The notes beneath the pieces are model-generated. The model was not told the origin of the DNA, made no database searches, and was given only the letters and a program-made list of their open reading frames with translations. From positions 32,001-96,000 of the forward strand of contig JAZAMN010000011.1 in NCBI GenBank assembly GCA_036229005.1: a stretch of DNA of 64,000 nucleotides, written 5' to 3'. Numbering within the stretch: position 1 is the first letter of the stretch; every line of letters starts with the position of its first letter. Source of the stretch: Myxococcota bacterium (lineage in GTDB: Bacteria; Myxococcota_A; UBA796; CAJQPC01). The translations under genes and the position numbers were made by a program. Shown one piece after another: positions 1 to 10,677 of this stretch.

Positions 1-27
1 TGAACCCGGATTTCCTGTTGCCGACCA
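1..27 (+). promoter_or_regulatory. Possible sigma28 (FliA/WhiG)-type promoter of the lipoprotein array
   Basis: TGAA-N15-GCCGACCA versus consensus TAAA-N15-GCCGATAA. Lies at the window edge. An alternative sigma70-like TTGCCG-N18-TAGGGT (18-47) overlaps it. Confidence 0.35.
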
Positions 28-69
28 AGGGACATCCCGTATAGGGTACTGTCTACTGGGAGGTGACAG

Positions 70-1611
70 ATGTTCCTGTTCGCTCTGCTGCTCGCCTGCG
101 ACAAGGACGTCGAGGTCACCGAGACCGACACCGACACCGGCACCCTGTCCAGCGAGATCTGCGACGACGGCATCGACAACGACCGCGACAGCCTGGTGGA
201 CTGCATGGACCCCGACTGTCCGGCCTGCGCCGAGGACTGCGCAGACGGCGTGGACAACGACGGGGATGGGGCCATCGACTGCCTGGACAGCGACTGCGCT
301 GCCGAGGCCTCCTGCCAAGAGGACTGCACGGACGGGGCCGACAACGACGCCGATGGCTTCACGGACTGCGAAGACGACGACTGCGCCAGCGACGCCGCCT
401 GTCGCGAGTCGGTCTGCGACGACGCTGTAGACAACGACAGTGACGGCTTCACAGACTGCGAAGACGACGACTGCACGGCAGACAGCCACTGCGATGAGTC
501 CCTGGCCTGTGAGGACGGCGCGGACAACGATCTGGACGGCCTCACCGACTGCGAAGACGACGACTGCGCTGGCGATGCCGCCTGCCCCGAGGTCGACTGC
601 GGCGACGGGCTGGACAACGATCTGGACGGCCTGAGCGACTGCTACGACGACGACTGCAGCGCGGATCCAAGCTGCGATGAGTCCACCCAATGCGCAGACG
701 GGGTGGACAACGACGGCGACGGCGACATCGACTGCGAAGACCACGACTGCAGCCGCGATTCCGCCTGCAAAGAGTCCGACTGCCGCGACGGCGCGGACAA
801 CGACTCCGATGGCCTGAGCGACTGCTACGACGACGACTGCGCCCGCGACTGGGACTGCCTGGAGAACAAGAACTGCGACGACGGCGCCGACAACGACCTG
901 GACGGCGACACCGACTGCGACGACAGCGACTGCGCCACAACAAGCGAGTACTGCGTGGAGTTGGACTGCTTTGACGGCCTGGACAGCGACAGCGACGGGC
1001 TGGTCGACTGCGAAGACGGAGACTGCATGTCCGCCTGCACAGAGAGCGCCTGCAGCGACGGCGTGGACAACGACTACGACGGCTACACCGACTGCATGGA
1101 CGACGACTGCATCGGGGACAGCGCCTGCAACGATCGGATGTGGGCCACCATCACCGGCGGCAACGCCAGCTTCTCCGAGCGCATGGACTGGGGCGGGGTC
1201 TCCGGCGCCATCGTCGAGCAGAGCGCCTGGGTTCAGAGCCCCAGCGGGAGCGCCCAGCTCCAGATCAGCTCCGCCACCTACGCCTGCAACTGGACCGCGA
1301 GCAGCTTCCAGGTCAACGACACCTGGAACGATGGCCTCTCCTCTTGGCGCACCTTCGAGATCACCGGCCTGAGCTCCACCGGCGCCTGCGGCGGCCTGCT
1401 GACCTCTGCCTTCTTCGACAAGACCTACTGGTCCCCCACCGCGAGCAGCGGCATGGACCTGTACATCTGCGGCGCCAACCTGCTCCTGGGCTCCCACACC
1501 CTGATCCGGGGCGGCTCGATCAGCGCGAGCACCTCCAGCAGCGGCACCGGCTGGAGCCGACAGACCACCTACGCCCCCGTCCAAAGCGGCGACCTCTGGC
1601 CCCAACTCTGA
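70..1611 (+). CDS. Cys/Asp-rich repeat lipoprotein, array member 1 (11 repeats plus variable C-terminal head)
   Basis: [18 protein letters not shown] lipobox. 11 CxDGxDNDxDGxxDCxDxDC units. C-terminal domain with CNWTA and SSTGAC. Confidence 0.9.
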   Translation: MFLFALLLACDKDVEVTETDTDTGTLSSEICDDGIDNDRDSLVDCMDPDCPACAEDCADGVDNDGDGAIDCLDSDCAAEASCQEDCTDGADNDADGFTDCEDDDCASDAACRESVCDDAVDNDSDGFTDCEDDDCTADSHCDESLACEDGADNDLDGLTDCEDDDCAGDAACPEVDCGDGLDNDLDGLSDCYDDDCSADPSCDESTQCADGVDNDGDGDIDCEDHDCSRDSACKESDCRDGADNDSDGLSDCYDDDCARDWDCLENKNCDDGADNDLDGDTDCDDSDCATTSEYCVELDCFDGLDSDSDGLVDCEDGDCMSACTESACSDGVDNDYDGYTDCMDDDCIGDSACNDRMWATITGGNASFSERMDWGGVSGAIVEQSAWVQSPSGSAQLQISSATYACNWTASSFQVNDTWNDGLSSWRTFEITGLSSTGACGGLLTSAFFDKTYWSPTASSGMDLYICGANLLLGSHTLIRGGSISASTSSSGTGWSRQTTYAPVQSGDLWPQL

Positions 1612-1626
1612 GCCCTCGGAATCGCA

Positions 1627-3306
<1,680 letters not shown>

Positions 3307-3315
3307 GGGAGGGAC

Positions 3316-4494
3316 ATGATCTGGCTCCTGCTGGCCTGCACCCCCACCCCCCAGGACAGCGGCCCTGCGCCCAACTCCGTCGAGCTGTTTTGCCGGGACG
3401 ACGAGGACAACGACGGCGACGGCCTGACCGACTGCGAGGACAGCGACTGCGCCGAGAACCCGGCCTGCTACGAGGCCTACTGCGGCGACGTGCGGGACAA
3501 CGACCTGGACGGGCTGACCGACTGCTACGACCCGGACTGCTGGGGGCGAGACAACTGCACCGACGTGTGCGATGGCTGTCCTGAGATCTGCGATGACAAC
3601 AAAGACAACGACCTGGACGGACCGCGAGACTGCGACGACCCCGACTGCGAGCTGGATTCGGCTTGCGTGGAGATCTGCGACAACGGCCAGGACGACGACG
3701 GCGACAACAAGGTCGACTGCCTGGATCCTGACTGCGCGGGCCTGCAGGCGCCCTGCATCGAAGTCTGCGATGACGGCGTCGACAATGACCTGGACGGCGC
3801 CACGGACTGCCGGGACTGGGACTGCATCGACGAGCAAGCGTCGTGCATCGAGATCTGCGACGACGGCGTCGACAACGACGCGGACGGCCTGGTCGACTGC
3901 GAGGACGGTGCCTGCGCCGATACATGTATCGAGCACTCCTGCGACAACGGCATCGACGACGACAACAACGGCCGGGCAGACTGCGACGACGAGGACTGTT
4001 GGGGGCTGGGCGCCTGCCCCAACCGCGCGGGCCTCCGGGTGCTGGGGGGCCGCTACCGGCACCACACCTACCAGGATGCAACGTTCTACATGCACGCCAC
4101 CATCTCGCAATGGTGGGTGGACTCCGCGAGCGGGGTGCTCGTGCGCGGCAGCGATGGGGTCCAGAGCTCCTGCGCTTGGGAGGCCAACTCAGTGGAGGCC
4201 TGGGAGGTGTTTGGCGTCAGCTACGGCCACATCTGGACCCGACAACACCTGGCGCTTCCTGGCTTCAGCAGCACCGGCGCCTGCTCGAGCTGGGGCGCGC
4301 CCTCCCAGTTCACCTTCTCGGATGTGCTCAGTGGAGACAGCCTCCCCGAGCGCTTTGACAGCTCCCCCAACGGCTTCACCCTCGACGGCCAGTGGCTGGC
4401 GCGCGGGCTACCCTTCCAGGACAGCTTGGGCAGGATCGAGGTGAGGGTGCTCCCCAGCTACACCGAGCCCTGGGTGTTCTGGGAGGAAGAGTGA
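3316..4494 (+). CDS. Cys/Asp-rich repeat lipoprotein, array member 3 (7 repeats)
   Basis: SD GGAGG. MIWLLLAC. Head has CAWEA, SSTGAC and PW. Confidence 0.9.
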   Translation: MIWLLLACTPTPQDSGPAPNSVELFCRDDEDNDGDGLTDCEDSDCAENPACYEAYCGDVRDNDLDGLTDCYDPDCWGRDNCTDVCDGCPEICDDNKDNDLDGPRDCDDPDCELDSACVEICDNGQDDDGDNKVDCLDPDCAGLQAPCIEVCDDGVDNDLDGATDCRDWDCIDEQASCIEICDDGVDNDADGLVDCEDGACADTCIEHSCDNGIDDDNNGRADCDDEDCWGLGACPNRAGLRVLGGRYRHHTYQDATFYMHATISQWWVDSASGVLVRGSDGVQSSCAWEANSVEAWEVFGVSYGHIWTRQHLALPGFSSTGACSSWGAPSQFTFSDVLSGDSLPERFDSSPNGFTLDGQWLARGLPFQDSLGRIEVRVLPSYTEPWVFWEEE

Positions 4495-5390
4495 AGATCC
4501 TGCTGCTGCTGGCCTGCGCCCCCACCCCTGCGACACCCCAGCCCACTCCAGACTCCGGAGAGATCTGCGATCCCTGCGAGGACACCGGCAGCACAACCCC
4601 TGCGGTCGAGCACTGCAGCGACGGCGTGGACAATGATGACGATGACCTCGTCGACTGCGCGGATCCCGACTGCAGTGAGCTGTGCATCGAAGACTGCGGA
4701 GATGGGGTCGACAACGACCAGGACGGGCAGATCGACTGCGCTGACACATCTTGCCGACAGGACCCAGTGTGTCAGGAGGACTGCAGCGATGGGGTGGACA
4801 ACGACCTGGATGGGCTCACCGACTGCGAAGATGGCGACTGCCAACTCGACTGCATCGAGACCGCCTGCGAGGACGGGCTGGACAACGACGCCAACGGGCT
4901 GGCCGACTGCCAGGACCCCGACTGCTGGGGGATCGTGGACTGTCCCGACGCCAAGGCGGTGTTCTGGACGGAGACCCGCGACTCGTGGAACAGCAGCAGC
5001 ATGTTCCGGGTGGGCTCCCACTCCAGCACCATGAACGCCACCTGGCACTACGCGGCCTCCTGGTGGGACGACAGCGCAGCCGGCGTCGGGTGGGTGCTTC
5101 GGGACGGCGTTCTTCAGAGCTGCACCTGGACGGCGGACCGCTTCTTCGCGCAGCACACCACCAGCCAGGACCACAGCGTGGTGGAGATGCGACAGCTCAT
5201 ACACTTTGACGCCCTGCAGAGCAGCGGGGCCTGTGGCGGTGCGATCAGCGGGAGCGCCCTGGACTTTGACGTGGACCCTCGCGACGGCGCGCGCTTGGGC
5301 CTGGGCTCCAGCCTGCAGATCGATGGATACGCCTTCGGGGCGCCGCAGTGGGAGCAGCGGCAGCCCTGGGTGATCGGAGTCGAGCCATGA
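4491..5390 (+). CDS. Cys/Asp-rich repeat lipoprotein, array member 4 (4 repeats)
   Basis: GTG start overlaps the upstream stop (GTGA 4491-4494) after GGAGG, giving MKILLLLAC. Head has CTWTA, QSSGAC and QPWV. The ORF-track start at 4392 is too early. Confidence 0.88.
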   Translation: MKILLLLACAPTPATPQPTPDSGEICDPCEDTGSTTPAVEHCSDGVDNDDDDLVDCADPDCSELCIEDCGDGVDNDQDGQIDCADTSCRQDPVCQEDCSDGVDNDLDGLTDCEDGDCQLDCIETACEDGLDNDANGLADCQDPDCWGIVDCPDAKAVFWTETRDSWNSSSMFRVGSHSSTMNATWHYAASWWDDSAAGVGWVLRDGVLQSCTWTADRFFAQHTTSQDHSVVEMRQLIHFDALQSSGACGGAISGSALDFDVDPRDGARLGLGSSLQIDGYAFGAPQWEQRQPWVIGVEP

Positions 5391-6760
5391 TTTGGCTTCT
5401 GCTTGCGTGCACAGCGGACTCTGAGCCCTACCGCTTCCAGCCTGTGGAGTTCTGCATCGATGGCCTGGACAACGACGGTGATGGCCTCACGGACTGCGAC
5501 GACGACGACTGTATTCCGGACCGGCAGTGCCCGGAGATCTGCGACGACGGGCTGGACAATGACGACGACGGTGAGGTCGACTGCGACGACCTGAACTGTT
5601 CGACCGTCGCCCCCTGCGTGGAGATCTGCGCAGACGGTGTCGACAACAACCACGACGGCAAGACGGACTGCGAGGACGTCCAGTGTTGGGAGCACAAGAG
5701 CTGCCAGGAGGACTGCAGCGATGGCATGGACAACGACCTGGACGGGCGCACCGACTGCGAGGACCCGGAGTGCGACTGGGTCCCTCCCTGCCTGGAGGAC
5801 TGCAGCGACGGCGTGGACAATGACGGCAACGGCCTGATCGACTGCCTGGACTCGGACTGTGAGTCCTCGGGCTGGTGCATCGAGGACTGCGCAGACGGCG
5901 TCGACAACAACCAGGACGGCCGGGTGGACTGCGACGACCCGGACTGCAGCGACACCTGTCTGGAGGACTGTAGCGACGGTGTCGACAACGACGCCAACGG
6001 GCTGGTGGACTGCAAGGACACACGCGACTGCTACACCCACGAGGCGTGCGCGGAGGACTGCACCGACGGGATCGACAACAACTACGACCGGCTAGTGGAC
6101 TGCGACGACTACGCCTGCTGGCGCGACGACGCCTGTCGGGAGCTCTGTGACGACGGCATCGACAACGACGAGAACGGCCTGGTCGACTGCGAAGACGGCG
6201 CCTGCCAGTTGGAGTGCCTGGAGAGCGACTGCACGGACGGAGTCGACAATGACGCCAACGGGCTCGCGGACTGCCAGGATCCGGACTGCTGGGGCGTGGT
6301 GGACTGTCCTGACGCCCGCGCGGTCTTCTGGACCGGGGACGACATGTCGTGGTGGAGCAGCCAAGGTCGCTACGGGTGGTCTGGCTCCACCAGCGGCCAG
6401 TCCGGCAAGGTGGTCTGGCAGACCTCCACGTGGGTCCACAACAGCCCTGACGGTCTGGGGTGGGTGCTGGAGGACGGCGTCCCCCTGAGCTGCGGCTGGA
6501 GGGCGACTCTGATGACCGCCCAATACCGGAACCACAACAACGATGGAAAGCGGGAGCAGCGCGAGATGCTCGAGTTCACCGGCCTCAGCAGCACCGGCGC
6601 CTGCCTCGGGGCCTTCTCGGGCAGCGCGCTGGACTTTGACCTGGACCACCTCGAAAGCCAACGGCTGGGGAGCGGCTACTATCTGCAGCTCGACGGCTAC
6701 GAGTTCGGCCAGCTCTACTGGAGCGATCGCCAGCCCTGGGTGATGGAGCTGGAGGACTGA
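5387..6760 (+). CDS. Cys/Asp-rich repeat lipoprotein, array member 5 (10 repeats)
   Basis: ATGA overlap at 5387-5390. MIWLLLAC. Head has CGWRA, SSTGAC and QPWV and is closest to member 4. Confidence 0.9.
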   Translation: MIWLLLACTADSEPYRFQPVEFCIDGLDNDGDGLTDCDDDDCIPDRQCPEICDDGLDNDDDGEVDCDDLNCSTVAPCVEICADGVDNNHDGKTDCEDVQCWEHKSCQEDCSDGMDNDLDGRTDCEDPECDWVPPCLEDCSDGVDNDGNGLIDCLDSDCESSGWCIEDCADGVDNNQDGRVDCDDPDCSDTCLEDCSDGVDNDANGLVDCKDTRDCYTHEACAEDCTDGIDNNYDRLVDCDDYACWRDDACRELCDDGIDNDENGLVDCEDGACQLECLESDCTDGVDNDANGLADCQDPDCWGVVDCPDARAVFWTGDDMSWWSSQGRYGWSGSTSGQSGKVVWQTSTWVHNSPDGLGWVLEDGVPLSCGWRATLMTAQYRNHNNDGKREQREMLEFTGLSSTGACLGAFSGSALDFDLDHLESQRLGSGYYLQLDGYEFGQLYWSDRQPWVMELED

Positions 6761-6836
6761 CCACCGGGCAGCTGTCATCCTGCCCCCCCGCTGGAGCGCC
6801 GATGCTGAGCTGGACCTGCGGCCCACGGCGGGGGCC

Positions 6837-6863
6837 TAAAGTCCGGGGGAGAGGGTCCGATGG
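6837..6863 (+). promoter_or_regulatory. Putative sigma28-type promoter of the sulfotransferase gene
   Basis: TAAAGT at -35; TAAA-N15-TCCGATGG versus TAAA-N15-GCCGATAA. Followed by AAGGA and ATG 6882. Confidence 0.5.
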
Positions 6864-6881
6864 CGCGCAAAAGGAAGACGC

Positions 6882-7619
6882 ATGGACCCGAGCACCCTGT
6901 ACTTTGTGCACATCCCCAAGACGGCGGGGCGCTACTTGGTGGTGAAGGCGCTCAACCACGAGCTGCTCGAGTACAAGCACCTGCCGAAGGGCCGCCTGTA
7001 TCGCGGGAATCCGACGGGCCGGGTGTACTACGGCGGCCACAATGTGTGCCACAGCGCGCCCGCGAGTCCGATCAAGTACTTCACGGCCGACTGCACGCAG
7101 GACGCGGAGTTCCACAGCTCGACGAGCTTCGCCATCGTGCGGAATCCCTTCGACCTGCTGGTGAGCATGTTCAAGGCGGGCTGGCCCTACCAGCGGGGGA
7201 TCAGCGACCACCGCTTCCCGGACTTCGAGGCCTTCATCCACGCATATTGCGACCCGGAGTACCCCTGGGTGGTCCCGCTGCAGCAGCGCTTTCTGTTCTT
7301 TCAGGTGCTGGATGATGGGGGTCGCTGCGCGGTGGACCGGCTGCTGCGCTTCGAGGACCTGGACACCGAACTGGCCGAGCTGTGCGCACCCATCGGGGTG
7401 AAGCCGGCCGTGGACTCGCCCTTCCGGCCCTCGCGGCATGGGGACGACCGCGACCACCGGCGCTGGTACAACAACGCGACCCACGACCTGGTGCGGGCGG
7501 CCTGCGCCCAGGAGCTGGAGCAGCTCGGCTACGACTTTGACGGGATCTGCGCGCCGCTGGACCGTGAGCGGCTCCACGTCCCGGACTTCCGGGCGGTCGA
7601 GGCGGAGCTGGCGGCCTGA
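6882..7619 (+). CDS. Sulfotransferase family 2 protein
   Basis: FVHIPKTAG (5'-PSB loop), FAIVRNPFDLLVS (3'-PB motif), RFEDL, C-terminal LEQLGYDF. Confidence 0.8.
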   Translation: MDPSTLYFVHIPKTAGRYLVVKALNHELLEYKHLPKGRLYRGNPTGRVYYGGHNVCHSAPASPIKYFTADCTQDAEFHSSTSFAIVRNPFDLLVSMFKAGWPYQRGISDHRFPDFEAFIHAYCDPEYPWVVPLQQRFLFFQVLDDGGRCAVDRLLRFEDLDTELAELCAPIGVKPAVDSPFRPSRHGDDRDHRRWYNNATHDLVRAACAQELEQLGYDFDGICAPLDRERLHVPDFRAVEAELAA

Positions 7620-7626
7620 ATCTGGG

Positions 7627-7882
7627 GGCTACCGGGGGTGAGTGAGCGGGAGGGGGTGGCTACGCGTCGCGAATGAGCGGTCGCTGGAGGCCAGGGGTAC
7701 TCGGTGAGCGATTTGGCGACCGATCGGGCGGATTCAGGGCTGAAATCAGCCGTTTCCGGGCTACTTGGGGCCGAAATGGTGGAGATCGGTGAACGGATCG
7801 CTCACTGGTGAGGCGTAGCCTCAGGCAGTCGCTCATTCAGAGGCCTTGGCCACCCCCGGGCGCTCACTCAGCAGCCGTAGCC
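7627..7882. repeat. 256-bp imperfect inverted-repeat element with 31-bp phased boxes
   Basis: Six box pairs share one axis (paired coordinates sum to 15509), e.g. TGAGTGAGCG/CGCTCACTCA, GAATGAGCG/CGCTCATTC, GTGAGCGAT/ATCGCTCAC. Confidence 0.8.
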
Positions 7883-7914
7883 GCAGCGAACACCGGTCCG
7901 CGGGGTGGCCAGAA

Positions 7915-7943
7915 CGCAGAAAGCGCCCCCGGAGGGGCGCCTT
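7915..7943 (-). terminator. Probable intrinsic terminator for the minus-strand kinase operon
   Basis: GCGCCCC-CGGA-GGGGCGC stem followed on the minus strand by TTTCTGCGTTCT. Confidence 0.5.
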
Positions 7944-8143
7944 GGCACTCCGGGGGGCTGGCCCCCCGAGAGAATGAGCTTTGATTTCTACGAAATCAGG
8001 ACCGGCCGCTCCTTTGACTGCAAAGGAGACCGGCGGCCGGTCCCGGACTGCGTGAGCAGGCCGCCAGGGGGTGCCCTCAAGGGCACTCCGGGGGGCGGGC
8101 CCCCCGAAAAGAATGAGCTTTGATTTCTACGAAATCAAAGCTC
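7944..8143. repeat. REP/MITE-like element: two ~55-bp direct repeats around a structured 83-bp spacer
   Basis: 7944-7998 and 8082-8137 are near-identical, each with a G6/C6 hairpin and TGATTTC-TAC-GAAATCA. The second copy extends to a perfect 13-bp stem at 8115-8143. Confidence 0.8.
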
Positions 8144-9442
8144 CGCGGTGGTGATGTTCCAAGTCAGGATGTCCTGCTCCAGGCGGCCGAGCAGCTCCTT
8201 GTCGAAGGTGCCGCGCTCGGCGTTCCAGGTGTAGCGCTTGAGCTCGCGCTGGGTGTCCGCGGCCACGTAGAGCTCGGGGACGCCGTTGCCGTCCAGGTCG
8301 GCGGCGTAGGCGCTGTGCTCGAAGCCGCCGCTGGCGGAGTCGAAGCGGGTCACGGTCCACTCGGTGGCGCCGTCGGCGGGGGGCTCCATCAGGTACAGAC
8401 CCGAGGTCATGGCCGCGGCGACCAGCTCGACCTGGCCGTCGCCGTCAAAGTCGCCGGGGACCAGGAAGCGGGTCTGGCGGTCCTCGATGGTGCCGACGTC
8501 GGTGCGGGTGAAGCTGCCGTCCTTGTTGTAGCTGTACTGGGCCACGGTGACGGGCTTGAGGGTCTTGCGCTTGTCGTTGGGGTCGATCTCGGCCTCGAGC
8601 ACGGAGAACAGCTCGGTCTTGCCGTCGCCGTCCAGGTCACTGGCCAGGATCTCCTTGGCGTGGGTGCCGTGCTGCTCTTCGACCCAGGTGCGCTTCCAGG
8701 TGCTGCCGTCCCACTTGTACATGACCACGCCGCCCGCCTGGCTCTTTCCAGCCTGGTTGCGGTCGGAGGGGGTGGCGAAGAACTCGAGCACGCCGTCGCC
8801 GTCGATGTCTCCCAGCTCGATCTCGTGGACGAAGGTGTCGGCCTTCTTGTCCATCTGGGTGACCTTGTGCGCGCCGCCCTCGCCCTTTCCGGGCTCGACC
8901 ACGGCCACAACACCGGAGTCGTGGGTCGCGATGATGTAGTCGTCGGCGCCATCGCCGTTCACGTCACCGATCTCGATGTCGCGCAGGCGCTGGAACTTGC
9001 CGCCCCAGTTCTCCTCCCAGAGGGTCTCCGAGGACCACTTGCCGTCGGCGAAGCTCCACTTCTTGAGCTTGGCGCCCTCGGCCCCGATGGTCAGCAGGCT
9101 GCCGTCGTCGAGCTGGATAGCCTTGTGGAAGACGTTGGACTCCTCGTCCTCCAGGCGGGTCATCTTCCAGCCGCTGCCGGTGTCCCGCCAGATGTCCATG
9201 CGCGCGGGGCCGGGCAGAGGCTTGCCGGCGGCGTCCTTGTAGAACACGGACTGGGTCAGGAGCAGGGCCTTGTAGGGGCCGCCCTCCAGGGGCTGCTGGA
9301 CGGCCTTGGGCACGCCAGCGTCGGCGGGCTTGTCCGCAGCGGCCTCGGTCTTGGCGGGCTCGGACGGCTTCTCGGGGGTCTCACCGCCGCTGCAGGCGAC
9401 CAGGCCCAGGGCCAACAGGACGGACAGGCTGAGGGGCTTCAT
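8135..9442 (-). CDS. FG-GAP/VCBS-repeat lipoprotein
   Basis: MKPLSLSVLLALGLVAC. Repeated GDVNGDG, GDIDGDG, SDLDGDG, GDFDGDG and ADLDGNG motifs. ATGA overlap with the upstream gene. Confidence 0.85.
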   Translation of the reverse strand: MKPLSLSVLLALGLVACSGGETPEKPSEPAKTEAAADKPADAGVPKAVQQPLEGGPYKALLLTQSVFYKDAAGKPLPGPARMDIWRDTGSGWKMTRLEDEESNVFHKAIQLDDGSLLTIGAEGAKLKKWSFADGKWSSETLWEENWGGKFQRLRDIEIGDVNGDGADDYIIATHDSGVVAVVEPGKGEGGAHKVTQMDKKADTFVHEIELGDIDGDGVLEFFATPSDRNQAGKSQAGGVVMYKWDGSTWKRTWVEEQHGTHAKEILASDLDGDGKTELFSVLEAEIDPNDKRKTLKPVTVAQYSYNKDGSFTRTDVGTIEDRQTRFLVPGDFDGDGQVELVAAAMTSGLYLMEPPADGATEWTVTRFDSASGGFEHSAYAADLDGNGVPELYVAADTQRELKRYTWNAERGTFDKELLGRLEQDILTWNITTAEL

Positions 9443-10677
9443 TCTTTCTCCGGAGGGGGGGTGCGTCCGGAGCGGACGGACACCGCGACGCCGTCTTCTA
9501 CCCGGTGCGGCCCCTCTCCGCCGCCCCAGGCCCTCAGCACATTGTGTGCAGGCCCCACCACGAACGCGCCGTTGGGGACGTGGCTGCCGTAGCCCAGGAT
9601 GACCTCGGCTCCCAGGCGGGCGTCGTGACCGATGGCGGCGCCCAGAAAGTGCGTGCCTGAAGACACCCGCTCCGAGCCATCCCAGACCTTCACCTCCCCC
9701 GAAAAGGAGAGGTCGTAGATCATCACGGTCTCCGCACAGAAGCTGTCCCGCCCGAACACACTGGCCTGGTGGCCGCGCCCGTTGGACACCATCGCGCCCG
9801 GGTAGAGCACGCACAGATTGACCATCGCACGCCGCCCCACGCGGGCCCCCTCCCCCACGACGCTGGCGTTGCAGATCGCGTGCTCCTCGATCTGCACGCC
9901 AGCGCCCAGGACGGCGCCGCGGACGACCGCGAAGGGACCGACCACGCAGCCGGGGCCCAGCTTGGAGGCCTCGACGACGGCGGTGGGGTGGATCTGGCAG
10001 TCCGCGCCGATCTGGGAGAGCCCGCGGGCCAGCTTGTCCCGGGAGACGCCGCGCGCTTTCCAGAGCACCCCCGCGATCTTGCCGGCCTTGGAGAGCAGCC
10101 CCGCCCGCTCGAAGCCGCGCCGCTCCCGCTCGATGGTGGTGGCCATGGCCAGCCAGTTGACCCGCAAGATGTGCGACCAGTGGTCGAGCTGGTGGACGCA
10201 GGCGTCGGACGCGGGCACGGCCTTGGGCATGGCGTGGGCCATGGCGGGGTGCTGCTTGTCGGGCTCGGTCAGGGTGAACTCGAAGTCGACGGTCACCGGC
10301 TCCAGGTCCGCGAACGCGGTGGGTCCGCCCGGCGAGATGCCCAGCTCGTAGACCCCGGGGGCGTCCAGGCGCTGGAGGGCGCCGCTGAGCTCCCAGAAGG
10401 CCTCGCTCTCGATGCGCAGGCGCTGTCCGGGGGAGAGAGCGGCGAGCAGGCGCTGCAGAGCGGCCGGGGTGAACCACGTCCGACTGGAGAAGACCAGGTG
10501 CGGGCCGGAGGGGGGCTTGTCGGCCCAGACGAGGCCACACTCGCTGAGCGCTTCGCGCTGGAGCTGCTCCAGATCCCGGGCCAGGATCTGGACCTTACCG
10601 GTGGGGTCGTCAAAGGGCGCGATGGGGTCGCCGGCGGGCACGCAGTAGGCCTGCCGGAGGGGGGGGAGTGCTCTCAC
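9439..10677 (-). CDS. Hexapeptide-repeat (left-handed beta-helix) protein, GlmU/acyltransferase-like
   Basis: IGADCQIHPTAVVEASKLGPGCVVGPFAVV and GAAIGHDARLGAEV hexapeptides. The N-terminal half lacks a clear nucleotidyltransferase GxGxR motif. Confidence 0.7.
   Translation of the reverse strand: MRALPPLRQAYCVPAGDPIAPFDDPTGKVQILARDLEQLQREALSECGLVWADKPPSGPHLVFSSRTWFTPAALQRLLAALSPGQRLRIESEAFWELSGALQRLDAPGVYELGISPGGPTAFADLEPVTVDFEFTLTEPDKQHPAMAHAMPKAVPASDACVHQLDHWSHILRVNWLAMATTIERERRGFERAGLLSKAGKIAGVLWKARGVSRDKLARGLSQIGADCQIHPTAVVEASKLGPGCVVGPFAVVRGAVLGAGVQIEEHAICNASVVGEGARVGRRAMVNLCVLYPGAMVSNGRGHQASVFGRDSFCAETVMIYDLSFSGEVKVWDGSERVSSGTHFLGAAIGHDARLGAEVILGYGSHVPNGAFVVGPAHNVLRAWGGGEGPHRVEDGVAVSVRSGRTPPPEKE

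Noticed and set aside
7944..8137. CRISPR mini-array
   Set aside because: Only two copies, a 55-bp repeat and an 83-bp self-structured spacer; no cas genes in the window.
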